Position numbers and translations under genes: made by a program | Origin: Ruditapes philippinarum | Taxonomy: Eukaryota | Direction: 5' to 3' | Length of the DNA: 64,000 nt | Assembly: GCF_026571515.1 (NCBI RefSeq) | Contig: NW_026852659.1 | Coordinates: 1 to 64,000 of the forward strand | Notes under the pieces: model-generated | Database searches by the model: none | Told to the model about the DNA's origin: nothing | Seen by the model: the letters and a program-made list of their open reading frames with translations, nothing else | Shown here: positions 1 to 11,096 of the stretch, piece after piece | Numbering within the stretch: the first letter of the stretch is position 1 | How the letters are laid out: each line of letters opens with the position of its first letter

Positions 1-370
1 TTTAAAATTTGCGGCGTAATTATGTTATAATAACCATTATTATATACATATTTAGGTCGCATTGTTACCGTTATTATTATTATTATTATTTTTACTATTA
101 TACTTTGCTTTAGCTCGTGCGAGATTTTTTTATTAAAGGTCGATAAACACTTACCAAGGCATTGTCACTCCAGGGGATGGTCCAGTGAAAATAATATAAA
201 ATTCAAGTTTTAGTAGAATCAAACAAATATTTATCCGATTTACGTAATTAATAAAGTATCTGAAAATCGAAGGAAAACGAATGTTACGCTTTTTATTATT
301 ATTATTATTATTATTATCATAATAATTTTGAATACAATGAATAAATAAAAATAATAAAATAGATACATAA

Positions 371-517
371 GGGTGCCTAGTGGTTAAGATGTTTGCCTCT
401 TGTTACAGGGATCGTGGGTTCGAACCATACCAGGGTCACGAGCATGTTTTCTTAAAATTAAATACGCAGCAAGCTTTTTTTTACAATCGAGCTAAAAGAA
501 ATAATGTTTAAACTAAA
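371..517 (+). mobile_element. tRNA-derived SINE (internally deleted), left-arm copy
   Basis: A box-like TAGTGGTTAAG, B box GGGTTCGAACC, 3' tail ACAATCGAGCTAAAA...AAACTAA resembling bivalve SINE tails. Confidence 0.7.
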
Positions 518-791
518 ATAAATGCGTTATTATAACTGATAACGTACTAATACTTGACAAATAGTAACTAATTTTGAATACTTACTATTATCTCTTCGTT
601 GAAAGATCTTTTCCGAAAGAAAGAAAAAAAAGTACTTATAGGCTGAATTATGCGAGTTATAAATTTACGAGCTATTCAGCTAGACGATAAATTACTTAAT
701 TACGAGAGATATCGGGCACGCTCGAATCATAACCCACGTTTGAGTCACAACCCACGGGCTATTTGTTGACTATATGATTCATATATAATTA

Positions 792-1485
792 CAAGTAAAA
801 TGGTTTCCTGCGGGGAATGATATAAAGATATTTCATTTAACTATTTTCAACATTGTTTTGGGAGAGGGGAATAAATAAACGTTTGTATCAGGAATATAGT
901 TGACAATAATCGATCAAAATAGAAGAAAGTCTTTGGAAACTGGTGACCGTTGATGACAGGAGAAGGTCGAACATTAAACAATTATTTCTTTTTAAGAAAA
1001 TGATTAAATAAGCCTACCATTTTATGAATAATTCCAAGCAAAAAAAAATAAAATAAAGTAAACACACAAATTTACGCAGAAAATATCTCTATTTATTATG
1101 GCAGATGCCACTACGAATATTTTAATTTTGTAGATTTTCAGTATAAACAATTTATTGTTTGTAAAATTTGAGATACAATGATAATTTTCAAATACATCAT
1201 TCAAGTTTTTCCACCTAAAACGGTAAAATAATTATAGAAAATTAGAAATATCACGTAACAGTTTTTTGTTCTTAATTAGGTGTAATTCTGACTAATTCCC
1301 TAGAGGTTATTCCGTAACGTACCGACAAACGGTATTTAGCCAGGTTTTCGAAAAGGTCAATTAACCAATCGTGTACGGTTTACAGATCACATGCTCCTCC
1401 ATGTACCGAAAACAGGTCACGTGCTCCTCCATGCTTCAAAAGTTAAACGCGTACCAATACCCTGCGGTCTCCAGACCGCAGGGAA
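792..1485. mobile_element. Helentron-associated non-autonomous element (HINE-like), inserted in left arm only
   Basis: 694 bp absent from the right arm (empty site ATAATTA|TAAGTTTT near 9459). Subterminal TTCCTGCGG / CCGCAGGGAA inverted motif and terminal 11-bp hairpin CCCTGCGGTCT-CC-AGACCGCAGGG (1460-1483). Confidence 0.75.
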
Positions 1486-1569
1486 TAAGTTTTATAGACA
1501 ATAACAATGATTCGTAGTTTGTGATGCTTTCGTAAAAATATGCTACATATTAATGATGCGTTATATTGA

Positions 1570-1670
1570 ATAATCCAATCGCGGGTTTGGAGAAAAGACT
1601 TTTAAATAAAATAAACCAATGAATGCCCTTTTATATAGCGTAATTTATCGCATTCGGGTATAAATACGAT
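1570..1670 (+). promoter_or_regulatory. Putative Pol II promoter of the BIR gene (CCAAT x2, TATA)
   Basis: CCAAT at about 1576 and 1616, TATAAATA at 1658, upstream of the micro-exon chain and BIR ORF. Mirrored near 9275-9370. Confidence 0.4.
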
Positions 1671-2171
1671 GAATATAAATTTTGAAAATAACGTTTAAAG
1701 TTTTACCAGCACAACTCCTTATATACTGTTATCGCAAGAGCCATATGTAGTCGAATTATATAGCATCGCAAGATATAATACAACAATTTTGTTTATATAC
1801 AGTGAAGGTTATTTAATTATATTTTACATCTTTACAACCTTGTAGCAAATAATTATAAATGTCGGAAAACCCTGTGAGGGAACCGTATTTTTATATATTT
1901 TATTTTACAGAAAGCTAGCTGGCAAGTAACATTTATTAAGTGTTAAGTGTTATTAAGTGTATTACTTTCCAGTTGTATCAAGTAAAGAAATATATTTATG
2001 TGATAACAGATATAATGTGGAAATGTAATTTAGATAAAAATATGGAAAAAAAAAACATAAAAAAATAAAAAAACATTAAAAAAAAACATTAAAAAGAAAA
2101 TGGAAATCTCAATACAACATTCACCTAAATGAAATGTAACATTAAATGGATTCTTTGTTTTTTAGAAAAAA

Positions 2172-2633
2172 ATGGAGCAAATAGATTGCGCAACAATGGT
2201 TCCACAAAATATGATGTTTCACGAAGACAGACTTGAAACTTTTAAAACCTGGTCTAATCAAATAATACCTAACAAATATACTTTGGCAAAAGCTGGCTTT
2301 TTTATACTCCTTGTGGTGACATAACAGAATGTTTTGCCTGTCACGTAAAAGTGCGGGATTGGCTTACAACTGATATTGCCTTAGATGAACACTTAAAATT
2401 TTCACCTCAGTGTGTTTTTCATAAAATGCTTGGATACGGATGTAATGACCAGCCTGATAACAAAAATCAAGTGAACAATCCCTTTTCTTCAGAACCGCAA
2501 AAATCATTATTACCAACGACACAGACATATATTTGGACATTCGGCACCTGCCAATTGCTTTGTGGGACGTCCTGAAAAACCTGCTACAAACTTTGGTACA
2601 TTATCTGGTGGATTTAAGTGGCCTTCTAAATAA
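2172..2633 (+). pseudogene. BIR-domain inhibitor-of-apoptosis (IAP)-like gene, left copy, frameshifted
   Basis: MEQIDC...RLETFKTW...LAKAGFF / YTPCGDITECFACHVKVRDW...DEHLKFSPQCVF gives a complete BIR CX2C-X16-H-X6-C. One T is missing in the run at 2298-2303, and there is a 5-bp deletion near 2528 relative to the right arm. Confidence 0.88.
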
Positions 2634-2709
2634 AAGGTTTAAATCTCTTCTTTTTTTTTGAAAAAGAGATATTATTCTTAAATTGCACATAAACTTTTTA
2701 AGCATATAA

Positions 2710-3050
2710 GATTGTGAAATATCATCCTCTAATACTATTAATGAAGACATATTGACTACCGAGCACGTTGATTACGTAACTCCTACTTCAGGGAGTAAAA
2801 AAACAGAATGGTGTTATTTATGCAAGTTAGTGCTGAAAGCTCATTTAAAAAAAACAACTTTATGTGGACATCTATGTTGTGGAAACTGTTATTCCAACAT
2901 TATCAAAGGATGGTCCTGTAAATGTTCCATTACAAATTTACAAAATTTGAAGTTGTTCCATGGATTGAATGTAAAGTTGACACACGGCCAATATGGGAAA
3001 GGGCGGTCAATACGGGATTTAGCCAAGCAGGATTTAGGAAAAACTTGGCT
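2710..3050 (+). pseudogene. RING-finger (C3HC4-like) ORF, degenerate, left copy
   Basis: CYLC...CGHLCCGNC...CKC pattern in ORF 2752-3252. No clean start codon. The 3' part is altered by a ~49-bp deletion relative to the right arm. Confidence 0.65.
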
Positions 3051-3799
3051 TAGCTTTTTTTGTGCAATAGTGTTAGTTTATTTGGTTTGGAGAGACGTAT
3101 ATGTCTATACGTGCTGTACTGTTTTTTATAACAAGATGGAGCATTGCAATTTATATACATTTTTTTTAGATTTCTCTATATGTCTTCCAACAGTATTTCT
3201 TTTTGATGACAATACCATTCATATCCATGCATATATTTTCTTTCTCATTTGAACAGAAAATTTGAAATTTGATCAAGTATACAACTACGGCCTCAGGCCA
3301 ATCCAATAACAAGGCCAAAATGAATTCAACTAATTAATAACATAATTAATAACATAATATTATTAAATGTGTAATTGATCGGCTGGTTTAGTTAATTTTG
3401 ATGACATTATTCTTATTATGCTAAATGTATTTACATAATGTAAGAAAAATATATTGAGTGATATCTTTTTATGTATATCGTCCACCAGCTATGAATAGTG
3501 CCTATAAAATTCACCACCTTTTATATATAGACATTATATAGAAAGTTAAATTTTTATGAGTTTTTTTCTTTCTGGTCACATTAAACCTTATCAAAAATAT
3601 TATGCAATATTTTTATATCTTTTTTTCTAATTTTTAAATCATCTTTCACTTGGTATCAGTATCTGTATTGCATTTAAGTGATCGATGTATTTGATTTTTT
3701 CGTTTGGGTTTGGGTTTTATAAGGTACTTTTTCCTGATAATTGTGGATTTTGTTATTTCATTTTTATGGTGGTATATTTCTGCCAACAGTGAACCATAT

Positions 3800-4300
3800 A
3801 ATTATCGCGTTAACTATCTGACTAACTAGTTAGTTTTCCTGTTAACACGATACATAACAGATATTGTTCAGACTAACTAGATATATTTTTTTCTGTTAGA
3901 TAGATAAATAACGAATAAGTATGTAACTTCTAAAAACACTAAAAAGTGTCCAGAACTGCCAACATTTACCAGTTAAATATCAGATAATTATCTGTTTATC
4001 TATAAAACTTTTGTGTTTGTAAGTTAGTAACCTAAGTATCAGATAATTATCTGAATAACCATATACAATTTTAGTTAATACATAATGCGAAATATTTCGG
4101 ACATATCCTTGCGTTTCTTATTATTATCTAACACATTAAGTGATTATCTGGAAAGGTTTTCTGTTACCAGTTAAATAACAGATAATTATATTATTATATC
4201 TACATAAATTTTGTATTAGTTACTTAACTACATAAATATTAGATAATTATGTGTATAACTAGTTAAATTTTCAGTTATCAGATAAAAGATAGATATTGCT
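3800..4300. repeat. Degenerate array of palindromic CAGATAATTATCTG / AGATAA and ACTAG motifs (mirror at about 6590-7090)
   Basis: Perfect 14-bp palindromes at 3981-3994 and 4040-4053, partial copies at about 4141, 4179 and 4241. Confidence 0.7.
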
Positions 4301-4562
4301 GAATGCTTTGGACATCCCTTGTAAGGGCGCGTTACTGACCAAAATTCAATTTTAACGACCGAAACATTTAACGACCGAACATTTTTTCTTTGAAAAAGGT
4401 GTAAATTGATGATTTGTAGAAAGTAGTACATTTTTCATTGTTAAACTTTCAAATTACCTTCATGCTAAAATTTGATAATGTTATAGAGTTTGCGAGCGTT
4501 CTTATATTATTGATTGTCTACCTCAATAACTAAAAAGTACGCCAAACTGAAATGACTTATAA

Positions 4563-5010
4563 TTAAATAGTACGATATTTTGTAAATTTTTTTAGTTCCC
4601 CATCTCTTTTTGCTGAACGCGCATTTAAAATTATGGAATTTAAAGACAGCAAAGTAGGATCACAAACTTGTTTCCTAACTGAACAACAATTAATGTAAGT
4701 AATCAAAGAAAAAAGCCTTGCAATTTGTGGATAACTTGGCAATAGCACTAAATGGAGACAGTTCTGTAAGCGGCGTTATAGAAACGAAATGTTTAATATC
4801 CTGTCGCCAGTTGTACGACTCCATAGAGAAAGCGTTATCCATCCCAGACTCAAATTTATGTATATGACCCGAATTAAGCATGTTAAGCATAACAAATGCT
4901 TATCACTTTCTGTCAAAATTTGATTCGCTTCATAATTGGAACTCATAACAATGCGCTGCACGTCCTTATAGAATGAGTCATCTAACACTTTCAGATAGAA
5001 TGACTAACGC
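4563..5010 (-). pseudogene. Degenerate unknown ORF (mirror at about 5880-6327 +)
   Basis: Overlapping ORF pieces (LDDSFYKDVQRIV.../MLNSGHIHKFESG...FFFDYLH) join by one frameshift. Mirrored with amino-acid differences in the right arm. Confidence 0.45.
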
Positions 5011-5191
5011 TTTAGCTTCTACTATTTTCTACCCAGACTACTGGGTGACGTTACGATGACCCATTAACGAATCAGAAATGGGGACGCTATCATTACGTTT
5101 TTAATAGCCAATTGCAACCGTTCTCACTCATGTTAGATTGATGGTATATAAATTGGAGTTAATTTTCTAAGCGTTATTTAGAGAAATATTA

Positions 5192-5402
5192 ATGTGGAAG
5201 CACTCCATGTCAAACCAGACGATGAAAGTAACTTTTGACGAAGTGGTAAAAACTGTAGTATTTTTCGTAGAAGAGGGTAATCGTCTAAGACCAGTACCCA
5301 AAAAGACACAAAACAGAAAGACTAAAAGAAATTTTGAAAGTTCTGAAACCAGTGCCATTTACGTCGCAAGATCGACGCGATAGGTCAGTTAAAAGGGATT
5401 GA
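5192..5402 (+). pseudogene. Small basic ORF with KVxF motif, left copy (1-nt frameshift at about 5335)
   Basis: CCAAT 5109, TATATAAA 5145, ATG 5192. MWKHSMSNQTMKVTFDEVVKTVVFF... One extra T relative to the mirror copy. Confidence 0.5.
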
Positions 5403-5485
5403 TATTTATTTTGACCAATTGTCAGCTTGATTAATAACGCGTTCCGCGTTATTCTGGTACTCATGACGTATGGTCAAAATAAATA

Positions 5486-5695
5486 TCAATCCCTTTTAAC
5501 TGACATATCGCGTCGATCTTGCGACGTAAATGGCACTGGTTTCAGAACTTTCAAATTTCTTTTAGTCTTTCTGTTTTGTGTCTTTTTGGGTACTGGTCTT
5601 AGACGATTACCCTCTTCTACGAAAAATACTACAGTTTTTACCACTTCGTTAAAAATTACTTTCGTCGTCTGGTTTGACATGGACTGCTCCCACAT
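5486..5695 (-). CDS. Small basic 69-aa protein with KVxF (PP1-docking-like) motif, right copy
   Basis: Intact ORF MWEQSMSNQTTKVIFNEVVKTVVFFVEEGNRLRPVPKK... with mirrored TATA/CCAAT promoter. Confidence 0.5.
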   Translation of the reverse strand: MWEQSMSNQTTKVIFNEVVKTVVFFVEEGNRLRPVPKKTQNRKTKRNLKVLKPVPFTSQDRRDMSVKRD

Positions 5696-7849
5696 TAATA
5701 TTTCTCTAAATAACGCTTAGAAAATTAACTCCAATTTATATACCATCAATCTAACATGAGTGAGAACGGTTGCAATTGGCTATTAAAAACGTAATGATAG
5801 CGTCCCCATTTCTGATTCGTTTATGGGTCATCGTAACGTCACCCTGTAGTCCGGGTAGAAAATAGTAGAAGCTAAAGCGTTAGTCATTCTATATAAAAGT
5901 ATTAAATGACCTATTCTATAAAAGGACGTGAAACATATTGTTAAGCGTTCCAATTATAAAGCGAATCAAATTTTGACAGAAAGTAATAAGCATTTGTTAT
6001 AGCTTATCATGCTTAATCCGGGGCATATACAAAAATTTAAGTCTGGGGTGGATAACGCTTTCTCTATGGAGTCGTTCAACTGGCGACAGGATATTAAACA
6101 TTTCGTTTCTATAACGCCGCTTACAGAACTATCTCCATTTAGTGTTATTGCCAAGTTATCCACAAATTGCAAGGCTTTTTTCTTTGATTACTTACATTAA
6201 TTGTTGTTCAGTTAGGAAACAAGTTTGTGATCCTACTTTGCTGTCTTTAAATTCCATAATTTTAAATGCGCGTTCAGCAAAAAGAGATGGGGAACTAAAA
6301 AATTTTACAAAATATCATACTATTTAATTATAAGTCATTTCAGTTTGGCGTACTTTTTAGTTATTGAGGTAGACAATCAATAATATAGGCACGCTCGCAA
6401 ACTCTATAACATTATCAAATTTTAGCATACAGGTAATTTGAAAGTTTAACAATGAAAAATGTACTACTTTCTACAAATCATCAATTTACACCTTTTTCAA
6501 AGAAAAAAATGTTCGTTCGTTAAATGTTTCGGTCGTTAAAATTGAATTTTGGTCAGTAACGCGCCCTTACAAGGGATGTCCAAAGCATTCAGCAATATCT
6601 TTTATCTGTTAACTGAAAATTTAACTAGTTGTACACATAATTATCTAATATTTATGTAGTTAACTAACTAATACAAAATTGATGTAGATATAATAATATA
6701 ATTATCTGTTATTTAACTGGTAACAGAAAACCTTTCCAGATAATCACTTAATGTGTTAGATAATAATAAGAAACGCAAGGATATGTCCGAAATATTCCGC
6801 ATTATGTATTAACTAAAATTGTATATAGTTATTCAGATAATTATCTGATACTTAGTTTACTCACTAATAAACACAAAAGTTTTATAGATAAACAGATAAT
6901 TATCTGATATTTAACTGGTAAATGTTGGCAGTTCTGGACACTTTTTAGTGTTTTTAGAAGTTACATACTTATTCGTTATTTATCTATCTAACAGAAAAAA
7001 TATATCTAGTTAGTCTGAACAATATCTGTTATGTATCGTGTTAACAGGAAAACTAGCTAGTTAGTCAAATAGTTAACGCGATAATTATATGGTTCACTGT
7101 TGGCAGAAATATACCACCATAAAAATGAAATAACAAAATCCACAATTATCAGGAAAAGTACCTTATAAAACCCAAACCCAAACGAAAAAATCAAATACAT
7201 CGATCACTTAAATGCAATACAGATACTGATACCAAGTGAAAGATGATTTAAAAATTAGAAAAAAAGATATAAAAATATTGCATAATATTTTGATAAGGTT
7301 TAATGTGACCAGAAAGAAAAAAACTCATAAAAATTTAACTTTCTATATAATGTCTATATATAAAAGGTGGTGAATTTTATAGGCACTATTCATAGCTGGT
7401 GGACGATATACATAAAAAGATATCACTCAATATATTTTTCTTACATTATGTAAATACATTTAGCATAATAAGAATAATGTCATCAAAATTAACTAAACCA
7501 GCCGATCAATTACACATTTAATAATATTATGTTATTAATTATGTTATTAATTAGTTGAATTCATTTTGGCCTTGTTATTGGATTGGCCTGAGGCCGTAGT
7601 TGTATACTTGATCAAATCTCAAATTTTCTGTTCAAATGAGAAAGAAAATATATGTATGGATATGAATGGTATTGTCATCAAAAAGAAATACTGTTGGAAG
7701 ACATATAGAGAAATCTAAAAAAATGTATATAAATTGCAATGCTCCATCTTGTTATAAAAAACAGTACAGCACGTATAGACATATACGTCTCTACAAACCA
7801 AATAAACTAACACTATTGCGCAAAAAAATGCTAAGCATTTTCAAATTGG

Positions 7850-8222
7850 TGTCCAAAATAGTCAATATCTAATCTCTTTTAACGCCAAGTTTTTCCTAAA
7901 TCCTGCTTGGCTAAATCCCGTATTGACCGCCCTTTCCCATATTGGCCGTGTGTCAACTTTACATTCAATCCATGGAACAACTTCAAATTTTATAATTTTG
8001 TAATGGAGCATTTACAGGACCATCCTTTAATAATGTTGGAATAACAGTTTCCACAACATAGATGTCCACATAAAGTATTTTTTTAAATGAGCTTTCAGCA
8101 CTTACTTGCATAAATAACACCATTCTGTTTTTTCACTCCCTGAAGTAGGAGTTACGTAATCAACGTGCTCGGTAGTCAATATGTCTTCATTAATAGTATT
8201 AGCGGATGATATTTCACAATCT
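7850..8222 (-). pseudogene. RING-finger ORF, degenerate, right copy
   Basis: Mirror of the left RING region with indels and stops. Confidence 0.6.
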
Positions 8223-8305
8223 TATATGCTTAAAAAGTTTATGTGCATAAATTTAAGAATTATATCTCTTTTTCAAAAAAAAAAAAAAGAAGAGATTTAT
8301 ACCTT

Positions 8306-8771
8306 TTATTTAGAAGGCCACTTAAATCCACCAGATAATGTACCAAAGTTTGTAGCAGGTTTTTCAGGACGTCCCACAAAGCAATTGGCAGGTGCCGAAT
8401 GTCCAAATATATTTGATGTCTGTGTCGTTGGTAATAATGGTTTTTGCGGTTCTGAAGAAAAGGGATTGTTCACTTGATTTTTGTTATCAGGCTGGTCATT
8501 ACATCCGTATCCAAGCATTTTAAGAAAAACACACTGAGGTGAAAATTTAAGTGTTCATCTAATGCAATATCAGTTGTAAGCCAATCCCGCACTTTTACGT
8601 GACAGGCAAAACATTATGTTATGTCACCACAAAGAGTATAAAAAAGCCAGCCTTTGCCAAAGTATATTTGTTAGGTATTATTTGATTAGACCAGGTTTTA
8701 AAAGTTTCAAGTCTGTCTTCGTAAAACATCATATTTTGTGGAACCATTGTTGCGCAATCTATTTGCTCCAT
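8306..8771 (-). pseudogene. BIR-domain IAP-like gene, right copy
   Basis: Mirror of 2172-2633. Same T6 frameshift plus GAA>TAA nonsense just before CFAC (~8614-8616). Intact C-terminus ...NFGTLSGGFKWPSK*. Confidence 0.88.
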
Positions 8772-9730
8772 TTTTTTAAAAAAAAAAAGAATCCATTTAA
8801 TGTTACATTTCATTTAGGTGAATGTTGTATTGAGATTTCTATTTTCTTTTTTAATGTTTTTTTTTAATGTTTTTTTTATTTTTTATGTTTTTTTTCCATA
8901 TTTTTATCTAAATTACATTTCCACATTATCACTGTTATCACATAAATATATTTCTTTACTTGATACAACTGGAAAGTAATACACTTAATAACACTTAACA
9001 CTTAATACATGTTACTTGCCAGCTAGCTTTCAGTAAAATAAAATATATATAAAAAATACGGTTCCCTCACAGGGTTTTCCGACATTTATAATTATTTGCT
9101 ACAAGGTTGTAAAGATGTAAAATATAATTAAATAACCTTCACTGTATATAAACAAAATTGTTGTATTATATCTTGCGATGCTATATAATTCGACTACATA
9201 TGGCTCTTGCGATAACAGTATATAAGGAGTTGTGCTGGTAAAACTTTAAACGTTATTTTCAAAATTCATATTCATCGTATTTATACCCGAATGCGATAAA
9301 TTACGCTATATAAAAGAGCATTCATTGGTTTATTTTATTTAAAAGTCTTTTCTCCAAACCCGCGATTGGATTATTCAAAATAACGCATCATTAATTTGTA
9401 GCATATTTTTACGAAAGCGTCACTAACTACGAATCATTGTTATTGTCTATAAAACTTATAATTATATATGATCATATAGTCAACAAATAGCCCGTGGGTT
9501 GTGACTCAAACGTGGGTTATGATTCGAGCGTGCCCGATATCTCTCGTAATTAAGTAATTTATCGTCTAGCTGAATAGCTCGTAAATTTATAACTCGCATA
9601 ATTCAGCCTATAAGTACTTTTTTTTCTTTCTTTCAGAAAAGATCTTTCGACGAAGAGATAATAGTAAGTATTCAAAATTAGTTACTATTTGTCAAGTATT
9701 AGTACGTTATCAGTTATAATAACGCATTTA

Positions 9731-9878
9731 TTTTAGTTTAAACATTATTTCTTTTAGCTCGATTGTAAAAAAAAGCTTGCTGCGTATTTAATTGTAAGAA
9801 AACATGCTCGTGACCCTGGTATGGTTCGAACCCACGATCCCTGTAACAAGAGGCAAACATCTTAACCACTAGGCACCC
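9731..9878 (-). mobile_element. tRNA-derived SINE, mirror copy in right arm
   Basis: Reverse complement of 371-517. Confidence 0.7.
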
Positions 9879-9929
9879 TTATGTATCTATTTTATTATTT
9901 TTATTTATTCTTTGTATTCAAACTATATG

Positions 9930-9945
<16 letters not shown>

Positions 9946-9992
<47 letters not shown>
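9946..9992. repeat. (AAT)n microsatellite
   Basis: Direct observation. Longer than the mirror copy at about 293-325. Confidence 0.95.
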
Positions 9993-9996
<4 letters not shown>

Positions 9997-10182
9997 GCGT
10001 AACATTCGTTTTCCTTCGATTTTCAGATACTTTATTAATTACGTAAATCGGATAAATTTTGTTTGATTCTACTAAAACTTGAATTTTATATTATTTTCAC
10101 TGGACCATCCCCTGGAGTGACAATGCCTTGGTAAGTGTTTATCGACCTTTAATAAAAAAATCTCGCACGAGCTAAAGCAAAG

Positions 10183-10215
<33 letters not shown>

Positions 10216-10701
10216 GGTAACAATGCGACCTAAATATGTATATAATAATGGTTATTATAACATAATTACGCCGCAAATTTTAACACAACTTCCTAAAAAT
10301 ATATAGAAAGTTTGTTTGTTTTTTTCCTTTTAGAAACGAAAGATAGAAGCGGCAAAAAAGCCGTACAAGTCCTGCTGGATAAACTCGAGAAACTGGTATA
10401 GGTAAGTAGACGAAACATTTTATAATAATTTCTACGACTGTTTGTTCGTAAATAATCCGATTACGAGTTAGTTGTAAATTTTTAATTAATTTCATGTATC
10501 GTGTCAATTGGTAAATACTAACGCTCAGAATATTGGATTATATATTGACTAATTAATATCGTTCTGGAAGAACACTCGAGAATTTTTTATAATATTGTGT
10601 CGTTTTTTTTTTTTTATTTAATCTTTTTTTTTTAATTTCATTTTTTTATGTCGTTTTGGATGTTGTTTTTTTTTTTAAATAAAAATAGTGGTAACAATTT
10701 A

Positions 10702-10974
10702 ATAAATGGCTTTGTTGTGTACTTATTGGTGATAAAATACCTTCCGACTTAAACTATTCTGCTTAGAACTTGGCGTTCTTTAAGCGATAATGTTTTTATG
10801 TTTAAAAGTCGTTATAGCGCGACCTTAAATGTAGAAATTTATAAATGGCTCTGCTGTGTACTTATTGGTCATAAAATTCCTTCCGACTTAAACTATTCCG
10901 CTTAGAACTTGGCGTTCTTTAAGCGATAATGTTTCTAAGTTTAAAAGTCGCTATAGCGCGACCTTAAATTTAGA
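10702..10974. repeat. 139-bp tandem duplication in subterminal region
   Basis: ATAAATGGCT...GACCTTAAAT units start at 10702 and 10841. Confidence 0.92.
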
Positions 10975-11096
10975 GTCATATTATGCTAAAATCGATAACT
11001 GTGCAGCGTATGGATGTAGTTATTGGATTAATATAGGAACGTTATTGCGTTTCGGAACTAATCGATAAATAGACTTATAATTTAAGAATTAATATA

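Larger units (their letters stand above)
2..10283. repeat. Giant inverted repeat: arms 2-5417 and 5471-10283, 53-bp spacer 5418-5470
   Basis: Reverse-complement match followed by eye along the arms, e.g. AAATTTGCGGCGTAATTATG (5-24) vs CATAATTACGCCGCAAATTT (10261-10280), and TTGACCA (5411-5417) vs TGGTCAA (5471-5477). Mirrored ORFs appear in the ORF track. Arms differ by substitutions, indels and microsatellite length. Confidence 0.97.

Noticed and set aside
371-445. tRNA gene
   Set aside because: A/B boxes are present but there is no clean cloverleaf, and a SINE tail follows
2295-2306. Programmed -1 ribosomal frameshift in the BIR gene at the T6 run
   Set aside because: In the incoming frame the site is GGC TTT TTT ATA, not a canonical X XXY YYZ heptamer. 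A 1-nt deletion before duplication is simpler.
7480-7872. Additional Cys-containing gene in the arms (…CINCNAPSC…; mirror about 3050-3410)
   Set aside because: Open stretches exist but with stops and frameshifts in both arms and no recognisable domain, so it was not called
2-10283. Palindrome as a pure sequencing fold-back chimera
   Set aside because: Arms differ by a clean 694-bp TE insertion, deletions and many substitutions, which a single-molecule fold-back would not produce. A haplotype mis-join is not fully excluded.
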